From: Eledone cirrhosa
Taxonomy: Eukaryota
Length of the DNA stretch: 64,000 nucleotides
Reading direction: 5' to 3'
Assembly (NCBI GenBank): GCA_964016885.1
Contig: OZ024742.1
Location: 141,484,001-141,548,000 of the forward strand
Part shown: piece by piece, positions 40,901 to 55,315 of the stretch
How the letters are laid out: the number at the start of each line of letters is the position of its first letter
Numbering within the stretch: position 1 is the first letter of the stretch
Notes under the pieces: model-generated
Told to the model about the DNA's origin: nothing
The model's database searches: none
What the model saw: only the letters and a program-made list of their open reading frames with translations
Made by a program: the position numbers and the translations under genes

Positions 40901-41225
40901 GATAAGAATGGCCTGAGTGAATGGGCCTGCTCTGTGCGTGTAGATTGCGGAAGGACACCTTGGCGGTCAGCGTGACTGTGGCTTTTGTAGGCTTTCTCCA
41001 CGAGTATCCCTCGGAAGTCTTCCCCCCATTGGGGAATTTTCTCTTGTTTCTATTTTTTTTACCTCCTTTACCTCCTTAAGCTCATTTTACACGCAGAAAC
41101 CCACATTGTACCGTCCTGTGTTGTCCTTAATGTATTTATATTGTAAACCCTTTGTGGTCGATAAAGAAAACATTTATAATTATATTGTAAACCCTTTGTG
41201 GTCAATAAAGAAAACATTATTATTA
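38900..41225 (+). mobile_element. Tx1-like LINE, copy 4: heavily degenerate and internally deleted
   Basis: Fragments LAKVLATRL, GGALINLDQLKAFDRVNH, GPVKLLGIWFG and AMAKEVVWWTRLKG. The 3' terminal ~37 bp is duplicated and followed by (TTA)n. Confidence 0.88.
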
Positions 41226-41235
41226 TTATTATTAT

Positions 41236-41628
41236 TTAGTGGAGTAGAGTTACGGCCCTTTATGTCCTGAGTTCACAACCCACAGAGGTTAGCTTTGCCT
41301 TTCATTCATACGGGGTCGATAAAATATAGTACCAGTAATGAACTGGAGTCGATTTAATCGACTTTTCCCCTCCCCTAAAATTGCTGGCCTTGTGCCTATG
41401 GTAGAAATCACTATTACTATTATTATTAGTTGTTGCGGTGGATTGGCAGTATCGGTAGAGGGTCGGACACCATGCTTTGACGCATAGAGTTACGGCCCTT
41501 GCCATTCTTAGTTCAAATCCCGCCGAGGTTAACTTTCCCTTTCATCCTTACAGAGTCGATAAAATAAAGTACCAGTAATGCACTGGGATAATTGCTGGCC
41601 TTGTGCCAAAAGTAGAAACAATTATTAA
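41236..41628 (+). mobile_element. Two tandem family A SINEs
   Basis: Copies at about 41236..41425 and 41434..41628. Confidence 0.87.
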
Positions 41629-43767
41629 TTGTTGTTTTTGCTTTTATTGTTGACTAGTCCTAACCGATCAAACGTATGATCAAACCGTCTGATGCAGTCC
41701 AAATTAAATTGTACATATTCTCCCTTTTCAGTGTTTAGATTAAATAATCGCGTAGAGACTAACTAGCTGGCACGTAAAGTTAGTTAATGTTTTACGCCTC
41801 GTCAAATGTGCAACCAAATCATAAAGTGCATGTCAACTCTGTCATTCGTATTTTAAATTATTCCATTTAACCTGAATTGTTTGGCGTGTCTTGCAGCGAA
41901 AATATATTTTATCAACAAATAATTAAGACATCAGGAAATAAATAAATATATTTTCTTTCACGACAAACGTTTTCTATAATTAAAAGAAAAATATAATCAA
42001 TAAGAAAATGTCCTCTTTACTCTAGCCTGTAACAATTGTATTATCTTTACATAGAAACTTACTTGCCTGAAACCATCTTATCATTAAGATATGTATAAGT
42101 TTGGCAGTGTTTCCAATGATAGCATGTTCAACCTATCTCTGATCACTTTACCATTGCTAGATAAGGAGCCTCAAAGCGATCATTCCACATGTCAGAAATA
42201 GTAATCAGCTTCCCTTATATAATAGACTATTGTTTTTAAAAGGTGAATGTGATATTAGATAATGTAGTTCTCGATACATTATGCTTAAAAAATAAAAATA
42301 CAACAAAATGTGATTGTAGTGGATGCAGCGCCTTTGATAAGAGGTCTGAATACACTAATGTTTTTAAAGATGAATATGACATTAGATAACATAGTCCTAC
42401 ATACACGATGCTTGAAAACAGTAACAAAAAAAAAAACGAAAAAAAAAAAACGTGCTGGTGATGGCGCCAACGCCTTTGACCAGAGGCTTGCTCGATGAAA
42501 ATTACTTAATGCTAAACCGCAACACAATGGATTTCTGACATAAAACGTGGATCAGATGAGTAGATAGGATGCGATGTATCATCATAGTCCTAAATACTCG
42601 ATGGTTTAAAATATCAATTCAAAAATATACTTTATAGAGAGAGCAGTCACCCGATTGACATGTTTTCTGTTCCTTGGTCAAGTAACCTCCACCTACCAAA
42701 ACAACAACACCACCACCAACAGCAACAGGAAAAAGGCAGCAGCAACAATAAATAAGAACAGTTACGGCGATAACAAAAATAAACAACAACAACAACAATA
42801 ATAAGAGTAGAAGCAGCTGATAATAACAACGTCGATAACAACAGAACATAACTACAAAAACCAACATCAAGAAAAATAGTTTCCCCACACAAATTGTTTA
42901 TTTAATAGAGAATTTATTTGGTGATGCGCCATGTTTGTAAGACCTTATATTAATTGGAAAAGCTTCTAAAAAAAAAGCAAAAAAAAAAAAAAATGAATTA
43001 AGATAGTGACGTCTTTAAATCGATGGCATTTAAAATGTTTAACCGGAAGCTCACCAGAACAAAGATGCAATCACTGACAACCAATGATAAATTATCCGTG
43101 CGTAGGACCAATCAGAAATAACCTGAGCTAAAAATATAGATAGCGTGAGGGAATGAGTTTTAAGGCAAATTGAAAACTAGCTTAACAACAACAAAAACAA
43201 TATATATTAATGAACTGAATTAAATATAATCTAAGCGCTCGGATAAACAAAATGGAAGCATTCCCATATTCAGTATCATAATGGAAAACTATTTGTTGAA
43301 TATTCGGTTCTTGGTTTATAGGATTTATCAATAAAAGCCTAAATTGGTAATCGATGTATTATGAGCATGTAGGCAATCACTGTCATATCGTTTCTGGTTG
43401 TAAAGTCCATTTGTAAAGGGACGATATTTCAGCGACCGACATACCACTTAGTGGAAAGTGTCATAGAATTCAGTGTAATATCAATTCATTTACATTTCAT
43501 TAAACAGTAAATTGGCCTTTAAACTTGTTTCGTATTGAAAGACGGATATATAGAGAGAACGATTCTCTAACAGACGCCAGATGTATCTTCACGCGAGGCT
43601 GCCATTTTGTTTAACCTCAGTCTCTATTATTAAGACGTATATCTAGACTTTACAATTTTATCTTACTGCACTAAAATCTAGATTCTCATTTCAAATTTAA
43701 TTTGTTCTTTTTTTTTTTTTGCATGCCGTTAATATTTAAGTAAAGGATATAGAATTGCATTACATTA

Positions 43768-44000
43768 AAGGTGGTGGTGAATTCCCAGAATCATTAGAAC
43801 CTCGGACAAATTATATCGCTGTATTTCCCCGGCACTTTATGTTGTCAATTCAAATCCCATCGAGATAAACTTTGCCTTTCATCCTATCGGAGTTGACAAG
43901 ATAAAGAATCAATCAAGTATAATGTTCGATGTAATTGCCCCCCCCCCCCCCCCAAAAAAAAAAGAAATGCTGGTCTTGTGCCTAAAGTAGAGACCATTAT
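43768..44000 (+). mobile_element. Diverged family A SINE
   Basis: TTCAAATCCC...AACTTTGCCTTTCATCC...GGTCTTGTGCCTAAAGTAGA. Confidence 0.7.
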
Positions 44001-44241
44001 AAGGCAGAGAACCTAATTATATATATGGCGATTGAATCAAATTAAGCCGCACTATAAATACTATGGAAATGTAACTATGTGTAATGTTATTCCTCTTGTT
44101 ACAATATTTTGAAATGTTACAATATTTTGAAATGTTATGCCTTTAACAACCTTAACGAAATCGAAGACACCAACGAAATCTTTAACACAATGAAACAAGT
44201 TTGATGTTATACTTTGAATAAACCTGAAACGAAATTCAAGG

Positions 44242-44403
44242 CTTCTTCTTCTTCTTCTTCTTCTTCTTCTTCTTCTTCTTCTTCTTCTTCTTCTTCTTCT
44301 TCTTCTTCTTCTTCTTCTTCTTCTTCTTCTTCTTCTTCTTCTTCTTCTTCTTCTTCTTCTTCTTCTTCTTCTTCTTCTTCTTCTTCTTCTTCTTCTTCTT
44401 CTT
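44242..44403. repeat. (CTT)n microsatellite
   Basis: Direct reading. Confidence 0.99.
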
Positions 44404-44404
44404 T

Positions 44405-44595
44405 TCAACACTTATGAAAATGTCCCCGAGATACTTGAACTTCACCTACTTCAGTGGAACTCTATTGGAATCTGCAGAGGACATGGTATTACTTAACTCG
44501 TCAGAAGGTGATCTCCGAGTGTTGCACGGCAAGTATGAAGATCTGTGCTGCGAAAACTGAGACACTCGTCTTCTCAAGGAAGCCTGCACAGTGGA
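44405..44595. mobile_element. Rearranged RTE fragment (two adjacent pieces in opposite orientation)
   Basis: KFKYLG on the minus strand (about 44410..44465) and MKICAAKTETLVFSRKPAQ on the plus strand (about 44480..44593); same family as 19660..20475. Confidence 0.72.
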
Positions 44596-45067
44596 ACGAA
44601 ATTGATGACATAATTGATAGTTCGAGTGTTACATTTTAAACGAACTTAACTATGGAACGAATATTATGAAGATATATACATTTATGCATCACAATAGAGG
44701 CAATATGTTTATTTCGTCGTTATATATAGAGGAAATATGTTTATCTCTTCGTTACAGCATATAAACAATCTATCATCTGAGAATTTAAGTTATATTTTTC
44801 TAATGTATGTATAAGTTATAAATGATCAGGAAAACTGAAATGGAGGAGCTAAGAACGATACTTTCGTTCACGAAGCTGAACACACATTTTATAATATTTA
44901 AATGTTTTTCACTAAGTTGATTCAAATAGCGGAGGTGTTTATCCTTCCCAAGCAACACACTTCCAGCTTGAATAGACTTCTCGGTGAAGTTCATTGAATA
45001 TATATGCCTCTATTTTTCTCTCTCTCACTATATATATATGAAGAAGAGATATATATATATATATATA

Positions 45068-45200
45068 CATTTTAATATAAAATGGCTTCTACAGGACTAG
45101 AACTGTTTCATTCAAACGAAATCACCAGGAAAGCCCTTTCCTGGTGATTTAGTTTGAATGAAACAGTCCTAGCCCTGTAGATGTCATTTCTATAGTAAAC
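45068..45200. repeat. Fold-back hairpin, same family as the 8802 palindrome
   Basis: GCTTCTACAGGACTAGAACTGTTTCATTCAAACGAAATCACCAGGAAAG-CC-CTTTCCTGGTGATTTAGTTTGAATGAAACAGTCCTAGCCCTGTAG. Confidence 0.9.
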
Positions 45201-45322
45201 TTGATATGTAAACTCTACTAAAGTATTGAGTACCTTACTAACTGTGATTATCCCTGATTAAACTAGGGACTCAGACACACACACACATGCACACACACAC
45301 ATGCACATACACGCACACACAC

Positions 45323-45455
<133 letters not shown>

Positions 45456-45967
45456 TTCTACACACATACATACACATGTATATAATATATAGTCTCGTAC
45501 TCTTTTACTTGTCTCAGTCAGTAGACTGTAACCATAGTGCTTGCACCGCCTTGATTTAATCGATCATATCGACCCCAATACTTATATTTTGAAGTCTGGT
45601 ACGTATTTTATTGATAATATTCTTGTCGAAATTACGGAGATAAAGTTAAACATAGGTATTAGGCATTGGCATATACAAATACGGCTGGCTTTTGTAATTT
45701 CCATCTAGCAAATTTCCATCTAGAATAATATAAACATCGGCGAGAAAGGAGATTAGGAATTTACTTGTAATTGTCCACATATGCTGACTACAATATATAT
45801 ATTATTCAATCATATGCAATACTTAATTATTTATCACACTTCACCAGAAAGCCTATAATTGTGGACTATTCACTACGCGGTAGAATTCAGGAATGGCAAG
45901 TAGTTTTCTTGTTTAAACATTCATTCCTGATATACATAAATAAAACCTTACCTACCTTCACACACAC

Positions 45968-46093
<126 letters not shown>

Positions 46094-46473
46094 TTGCGTG
46101 TGTGTGTGTAGCTACATATATATATGTATATATAAGTCAAACTGCCACACAGTTTCTGTAATCAGATTCGAAACACAAATCATTAGTTAACTCGAAGTCA
46201 TGATAGAAGACATTCACTGGAAGTAAGGTCCAGTGAAATCAACTTCAGTATCATATGACTGCAATGTGAACCTCTGAATCTTACTGCAATGTCTTTGCCA
46301 ATTTAGCTCTGATTACTATCTATACTTTACATTGTAGTTTATTTAAGTCTACAGCTATTTTGATGAGAATAATAAAGCATCATTTCGAGCACATACACAC
46401 ACATGCACACAGATACACACACACACACATATACACACAGACACACACACAGACACACACACAGACACACACA

Positions 46474-46671
<198 letters not shown>

Positions 46672-47556
46672 GATAAATGAATAAAATAGATATATAAAAT
46701 CATAAAACAATGCAGTAAAACAAGCTAATGATTAAATCTCGAATATAATGAGGTAACAAGTAATCATCATTCTGTTTTTAGTTTTATCTATAAAGATGCT
46801 CAATAAATAACAAATGATATAGTACATCTAAATAATTAACATTTAGAACCACAACTTTATCAATAACCTTTATATACCTAAATATTATTTAATTTATATT
46901 TCGTCTTGTTATGAATAAATGTTCTCCTAATAACTTGAGCGAAAAACCAGATGTTTTCATATATTGAAATTTTCAGAGCCGTAAGTTATTAATTTTTTCA
47001 TATTATTGGTCTCATTGACTGTTATCGTTCTTTATCTATAGTCTAATCTAAGCTGCCATGTGATTTCTATGGGATTCAATATAGTGTATATATTTTATCT
47101 AATTGGACGAGGAAGTATGTAACACTAGCTCTACTCGCATTTTGGGGAACAACAAAAGGGTCGAATAAACGCGATCATTAGACTGCCAATCATGTGTTCC
47201 TTCATTATCAATAAGGATTTTCTTTACAACATAACCAAACATGTTTTCATACTTAGAATTTATCAATAAAAACGAACACCGGGAGATACAAAGAGAAACA
47301 TGTGCATACAGAGGCTACAATGAACGTGATACACAGGCATACATGCACACACATATACATATAAACATACTCTCTCGCATATATTTAGTACACACACACA
47401 TAGAAGTATGTACATATACAACTATACGCACACACACACACATATGCACACACATACACATATGTAAATACATACATACATATATACATATATACAAATA
47501 CATACATACACACACACACACATACGCACACACACACATATATATGTATAGACACA

Positions 47557-47602
<46 letters not shown>

Positions 47603-47633
47603 TGTGTATATATATACATATATATACACACTC

Positions 47634-47683
<50 letters not shown>

Positions 47684-47759
47684 CGAAGGAAATGTGGTAA
47701 GGAACCAGGTGGACCATAACGCACCAAAGTACGCAATACTTAGGGTAATAGAGTGGGTA

Positions 47760-47873
47760 ATAGGAACGAGTAAGACCCCGACGGCTGAGCTCAAGCCGTT
47801 TCGACGGCTAATTCTACGTCCAGAATTAGCCGTCGAAACGGCTTGAGCTCAGCCGTCGGGGTCTTACTCGTTC

Positions 47874-47877
<4 letters not shown>
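47760..47877. repeat. Perfect hairpin (56 bp arms, 6 nt loop) built from an HHR 3' half
   Basis: Arms 47760..47815 and 47822..47877, loop ACGTCC; contains GAAACGGCTTGAGCTCAGCCGTC. Confidence 0.92.
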
Positions 47878-47955
<78 letters not shown>

Positions 47956-48051
47956 AGGGAGTGTAACTTGGAGTTACTGCAGGTTCACCCGGGTGAGCAC
48001 TCGATGTTTAGGTTAACTTCTGTGTTGAGGTGTAGAGCTATACAGAGTGTA

Positions 48052-48436
<385 letters not shown>

Positions 48437-50326
48437 TGTGTATATTCATATATATGTGTGTGTGTGTGTGCGCATGTGTGTGTGTGTGTATGTATGTTTT
48501 TGTATATATATATGTATGTATGTATGTATTTACATATGTGTATGTGTGTGCATATGTGTGTGTGCGTGCGTGTATTTGTATATGTACATATTTGATGTTT
48601 TTCATGTATGTAAGATATAATTAATTATATATATATCAATTAAGATATAAATATATATTTACAAACACACATCTAAGACCGAAAAACAACTCCAACGACA
48701 CTCGTACATCGTACCTATCACGTTGTTGAATATATCATAGAACGACAGCCGCCCCTTCCTGTCAAATAAGCCAATAGGATTGTTTACTCGTACGAAGGAA
48801 CAGTTTTAACCTTTTTCATTACACATGCGTACCACAGATAACTGCATCGTCACTTAATCGGCAGATATTTGTCTACTGTCTAATAGACAAGTTTTGCATT
48901 TTCATTTGCTGTTTATGATTATAATCTTACTCAAGAACTATGAATAATTAATAATTCAAGGATAAAAATTTAAGCATACCTGTACTAGATTAGTGCTTGT
49001 TAATTTACTATATAATTTATATTTAAATTTTAATCATTAATAAATTTTAATCATTAATAAAGTAACATTTCTAAATTTAACCAATCGGGAGTTTACACTT
49101 ATTTAACCACTGGGCATGATACCACCATATCACATCCTGAACATATACATTTCTGGTTAAAAAGTTCGCTTTGCAGTCAAAAGGTTCGGGGTTCGATTAT
49201 ATATTGTAGCATCTTGGATATATTTTTACTATAATCTCGGATCAACACAAACCCGAACAGTGAAATTTCTTAGACGGAAATTGTTCAAAGGCCCGTCGGT
49301 TGGATTGCATTTATAACTCAAAGGTCCATCCTTGTCAAATATTGGTCATTCAGCTGAGGATTACGCTAAGTGCATACTGCCTGTAAAATACCCAACAAAT
49401 ATTACATTTTTAGTGGGATTCATTCCGTTGCAAGCATTCACACAATGTCTCGTCTTAGGATAAATCGATAATTTATTGTGTTATTTTCTTCTGCTATGGT
49501 CTTTTCCACTCTTCCCATACACCAGTTTTGGAAGCTTTTCAAAAGGCTTGTACGTCGCCCATTCTTCTCTGACTAAGCCATAAAACACCTCAACGTTTTG
49601 GCGATATTACAATGTAACAAAACACGACGATATACATGGTCTGTGATTCCCTCTTTAGTTACATTTCCTTTTCATCAATTCTATTTGTAAATGATTTAAA
49701 ATGACAACGAAAACTGGATAAGAAAATATGACGCCATTTTCTGTTTTTAATGGAAGTAGGAGTAAATGTAAAAAAATAAAAGAGGAAAAAGAAGAATGAA
49801 GAGTGTTTTAAAGATTTCTTTTATTTTCTCTCTTTCTCTCTTGGGTTATTTATTCGTTTGTTTCTTACATTAACAGCGATGTTTAGATGCTGTCAAAATG
49901 TGGAAAGGTCAAATATTATACAATAACTGGAAAAAATAACAACAAACGCAGCAGTAGCAGCTTACACACAGGTAAGTGTGATAACAGAAGCACTGACAGA
50001 AGAAGTGACTGGTGAACTGATAGAAGCGAAGAATCGACAGATCACTGACAGAATAACTAACAACAGAACTGACAGAAACACTGACAGGAACTACAGCAAC
50101 AGCAACATGAAGGGCAACAGCAACAGGATCAACAAATATCAATATCCATAAAAAATTTAAGCAGAAAAAAGTGTAACAAAACAAAATTAGTAATACTATT
50201 TAAATAACATTCGTGAACAGGTCAATAAATAACAAAAAGTAAGGTGAAAAAATAACGAGCAAGGGAGAGAGAGATTATATTAGAGTAATATTATTAATAT
50301 CTTTAGCAACACTAGCAGCGGGCAAT

Positions 50327-50376
<50 letters not shown>

Positions 50377-51330
50377 GGAGTAAAAAAAAAAAAGAAGAGG
50401 AAGAAGAAAAAGAAGAAGAGCAACAACAACAAAAATAGCAACGAGAAAACATCAAAACATTATGTTTTCAATAACAATAATATCTCCAAGCAAAGCAGTA
50501 GTTACAACAACATTTGGGGCAGCAATAACAACCTCAACAAAATACAAAAAAAGAAACATAGTATCATCATCATCATCATCATCATTATTATTATTATAAT
50601 CATCATTGTCAAAAACAAGCCATATAGTGTTCAAGTTTTAAAAGCGGATTTCACTTCTCGCGTGTCTGACACCGACACATGTATAGACATGTATGGAAAG
50701 TTAAAACTTGCATACATGTAAAATAGGCAAACAAATATGTACTATTGCGCTAAACCCGTACTTTTCGGTGTATGAGAAGCATATTCCCTTTTTCTTTATA
50801 TTTTTCTCATAGTTCCTTACATATTACTACTCTCATTTTCCTACACTCACCCATCAGATTGAAAACATTTTTATTTAAATAGCCAAACATTCGATGGATC
50901 TTAATGGTGTTGGTAAAATTTTGATTAGATAACCAGAGTTCTAATTTGTTCTTATTTTATTGCTATGGTAAGAATATTTGATTCCCTAATCTTCCAATTA
51001 GATGTATTTTCTCTGTTCTTGACTAAACTACCTCAGTGCATAACAGTTTCTCTCAAGCTGGCTGAGATGTAATTTATTTGAAAATATATATCAACAGTTT
51101 GTCCGTATGTCAGTCTTTTCTCTTTTTCTCTCACTCTGAGAAACTCGGAGTAGCGAATCGGTAAATCCCTATATATATATATATAACCTAATGTTAAACA
51201 AGGTTCATTGATTATTCAATGAATACAGTTTTACAATAGATTAAAAGCACTCAACAAAGACATTTTTGGGAGTTATTAATATTATTCAAAATATTAATAA
51301 ATGGATACATTCACATAATCAAAATATATG

Positions 51331-51392
51331 TTTTATTATATATATTTCGGAGGTACTGTGGTGTTTTTTCAGTACGTCCTCATCAGATAAAA
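51331..51392 (-). ncRNA. Type I hammerhead ribozyme
   Basis: Minus strand TTTTAT-CTGATGA-GGACGTACTG(11 nt loop)CAGTACCTCC-GAAA-TATATA-TA-ATAAAA: intact core, 9 of 10 pairs in helix II, palindromic helix III. Confidence 0.85.
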
Positions 51393-51451
51393 TACATAAA
51401 TTGATGCATGACATACCTCAACTGTGCTGATGGTTCAATTTCAGTCTTGGC

Positions 51452-51520
<69 letters not shown>

Positions 51521-51770
51521 TTATTATTTCTTTCTTTCTTTTTTTCTTTCTTTTTTTTTCTCTCTCCCTCACAATATCACCTTCTTCCAACAGTTTAATT
51601 TAAATAAACCGTTATCTTTTCAACTTTTCGGACACTCATTTGCATACTCACTCATAATTTTCTATCACCCTCAATAAATGTAATATCTCCACTATCCAGG
51701 AAGCTCCAACCGTTAAGGTTGTCTTTTTTCAGGGTATGTCAATATTTATTTATAAAACTAATCTGTATTG

Positions 51771-51836
51771 TATTTTATCTGATGAAAGCGCACCATAATT
51801 TGCCTTGGTAGCCCTTGAAATATGTATAATAAAATA
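51771..51836 (+). ncRNA. Type I hammerhead ribozyme
   Basis: TATTTTAT-CTGATGA-AAGCGCACCA(loop)TGGTAGCCCTT-GAAA-TATGTA-TA-ATAAAATA; 8 bp helix I. Confidence 0.8.
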
Positions 51837-52992
51837 AATATGGTTTTATAAATATAGTTTCCATTTGTTAATATATTGTATATTTATATATATATATATA
51901 AAAAATAAATTTTAACTTCGAACATAGCTGTATTCATGTTTGACAGATTTTTATTTATAAATTCCATTATCATTACAATTTTGATTTAAAAAAAAATAAA
52001 ATATAGATATTTTGAAATAATTATGAGAAAAAAAGTATATCCTCATATTTATTGTTTACTAATCTGAATAAGAACAGCAGTAACCCGGACAACACCTGGT
52101 CATTCAGCTAGTATATATATTTACACAGCACATGCACAACAACTACAGCATTGAGAGACTCTCATCCTGGCTGCTCGATCGAAGACTTCAAGAAACAAGT
52201 TATACACTTCTTGATTAAAGGAGGGCACAGTAAACTGTAATTTATGTGGACTACAATCAATCAGTCAATGCTGGTTTGCCCTTGATCATAGCTGTGTTCA
52301 AATCTATTATTTTCATGCAGGTGGTGCCTCTGAATATTTTTTTAATTTACACCAACCACCAACCAATGTATATTGTTGTATATTTACTTAGTCATTCTCC
52401 CATCACTACGTGGGCATATAAGGTGGAGCATATACTTCGCTGATGAGGACATAGTAAAACCAAAACTTGCTTTGAGTTATTTCCCGCAGTTAAACAAATA
52501 ATAAAATGACTCAAGTCAATAATTTAAACTGTTCTTCCTCACTGCCTCATTACGTTTAACTATATTTGATGCTTCCAGCACTAAATATATTAAAATTATC
52601 CCATTTATAATATTTACTTTTATTTACTATTCTGATTGTAAATATTGTCTTACAATTTTCTGTTTGAACGATTACATGAATACTCTAGTTCCTGGTAGTT
52701 ATTTCATATTGAAGGAGAGCGTTAATTAAGATCTCATGTTTGTGTAATCTAAATCCTGTATAGTAATGACACTCTTTGCTGTCTTTTGTGCTTTCAGGTC
52801 ACTTAATTTCTGAGTTGCTACCTTGAAATTAGTTAAAATACCGGAATAGCAATTATGTTTACATTAATTACCTTATTCATATAAATTGAGTTCATTTTCA
52901 AGCAATTCTCTAAAACGCATTCAGTTATGATTGTTTTACTTCAGTTATGATTGTTGATTATTTCTCTCTATATATACATACACACACGCGTG

Positions 52993-53061
<69 letters not shown>

Positions 53062-53080
53062 ATGAGTGTGTGTGTATGTG

Positions 53081-53171
<91 letters not shown>

Positions 53172-53312
53172 TGCCAAATAGCGGGAACAAGAAGGATAGA
53201 AATAAATACCCAATGCGTATTGGCGTATTGTAGAGTGTGTTATCATATTCTTTGTAGACTTCACAAGCTGTTACTCCAAGTTTGACGTTTCCAATGTTCT
53301 GGCGTTCAGCTT

Positions 53313-53389
<77 letters not shown>

Positions 53390-53392
<3 letters not shown>

Positions 53393-54000
53393 ATCAAAAG
53401 ATGGTTAAAAGAGTTCCATGTATTTTATTATGCGCATTTCAAAAACAAATATCATCATGCGATGATATTTGCGTTTTCGTCAGATAAAATAGGGAGACAT
53501 GATATGAAGGTTAAAAAACACTTGTGAATAGTGCAGTTTTAAATCAACCATTTTCTGCTAAAGTTGTTACATTAGTTGTAACAACTTTAGCAGAAAAAGC
53601 TTGGACGCTCAGGGATAGCGATCAAAAGTTTACCCTAAAATGGGAAAAATTAGCTAAAACCCAAAGCTTTTCCAGGAGCCAAAATTTCTGCAAATTGTGT
53701 AATCTTGAGATTTATTACATAATCACACACAAGAAGAAACTGCTGAATAACAGAATTGAACGAACATTATTCTGCCGTCACAGAACTAAAACCCTTTTTT
53801 CCCACTACAAGCCGAATATTACATAAAAGAGGGACATCCCCAACTATATAAACCTTAATCTAGTTAGAAAAATATAAAAACAATCTCTTCTCAACATATA
53901 TTAATAACCTTAAATTACCATACTAATAATGGAAAGATATGCTGATGAGAATAGGTACAAATATGCGATAATGAATGTGTCTAAAAACGTCCATAAGTAT
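53390..54000 (+). mobile_element. Penelope-like element 3' fragment with a degenerate terminal HHR
   Basis: LKWEKLAK...NFCKLCNLEIYYII...LLNNRIERTLFCRHRTK resembles the PLE endonuclease C-terminus. It is followed by TATG-CTGATGA...AAAAC-GT-C-CATA (53938..53995), in which GAAA is mutated. Confidence 0.7.
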
Positions 54001-54681
54001 GTATATATATGTGAAAATGTATATAAATAAGTAAATATATATATATGTTTGATGTGTATAGTTATATGTAAGTGTATTCATGTATTAAAGTGCTTATATA
54101 TATATATATATATGTGTGTATGTATATATGTGTATATGGATGTGTATGTATGTGTATGTGTGTACACATGGACTAGAGTATGTATGTATATATGTGTGTG
54201 TCTATACGTGTGTATATATAGATAAGTTGAGTATGAAAATGTATACACATGAGCGCGTATGTATGTACATGAATACATGTGTGTATATATATGTGTATGC
54301 ATGTGTATATATATGTAAGTATGAATATGTGAATTGTGAGTATATGTATTTTGTAGAGGTGTGCAAATATATTTGTGTGTGAATGCGTGGGTGAAAGGAT
54401 ACGTACACTTGAAAGAAAAATTTAAGTCTGAATGTTAATTAAGTGCAAACACAAAACCAACCACGCATATCTTTACTATCTCTAATCCTTCTATAGATTT
54501 AGAAAAATAACCAATAATATATTCTATAAAAAATATCAAAACAACAGATGGGAATCTAATTACTCACTGCCACCAAGAATTCTCACTGCTATCGAAAAAC
54601 CACTCCTTCAACTATTCTTCTAACAACTTCACCCCTCCCTCCTAATATTCTCTATAAAAACTAAATAGGTCCTCAGTAATA

Positions 54682-54801
54682 TTATTCTGATGAAATGACA
54701 GTAAATAATAACATTGAAATATTGAATGTCTGCATAACTAAAAGTTTGTAGATAGCAGCTGTTTTAGGTTATGTAACTGTTATAGAAACACGTGTCAATA
54801 A
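54682..54801 (+). ncRNA. Type I hammerhead ribozyme with a greatly extended helix II
   Basis: TTATT-CTGATGA-A ATGACAGT...(about 73 nt)...ACTGTTAT A-GAAAC-ACGT-GTC-AATAA; palindromic ACACGTGT helix III and GUC site; (TA)n about 40 nt downstream. Confidence 0.75.
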
Positions 54802-54864
54802 ATTCCTTTCAACTAAACTGTATCCATTCAAATCTTTCTATATATATATATATATATATATATT

Positions 54865-55062
54865 CTTGACCCACTTATTCCTGAGAGGGTCGTTGTGTTA
54901 GAGTCCCCAAATGCTCCTTCCAGCGGGTCATGTTAGAAGCAACTATCTCCAAATGATCCGGCTAGATCCCCAAGCGAGACCAACCAAGCTCATGGATGTT
55001 ATTCAACCATCTTGCTTGTGGGCTACCCCTGGGTCTCCTGTCGGTTGGTTTTGTCCGTAATT
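54865..55062 (-). mobile_element. RTE 3'-terminal fragment
   Basis: Homologous to 19690..19815 and 56860..56985 (KPTGDPG.../RPRARWL region). Confidence 0.65.
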
Positions 55063-55315
55063 TCATACTCGGTATCTCTGGTGTATAAAATCGAATAATA
55101 TTGCATATTTCTTCACTACTAAATGACAACGTGTCAAATAAACTACATGTATCTATTGTTCTGACCCATTGACATTCATATTATTTAAATACATACCCAG
55201 AAACCGTTACCAAATGTTGTCACTTTGACAAGTATCAGATTAAATAGACTAACACACCACACCATTTAATATGACTATACAGCATTACCTTATAACTTTA
55301 CTTATTAATTGACTT

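Noticed and set aside
52438-52478. CTGATGA-GG...CC-AAAAC candidate HHR
   Set aside because: GAAA is mutated and helices I and III could not be paired; at best a decayed remnant.
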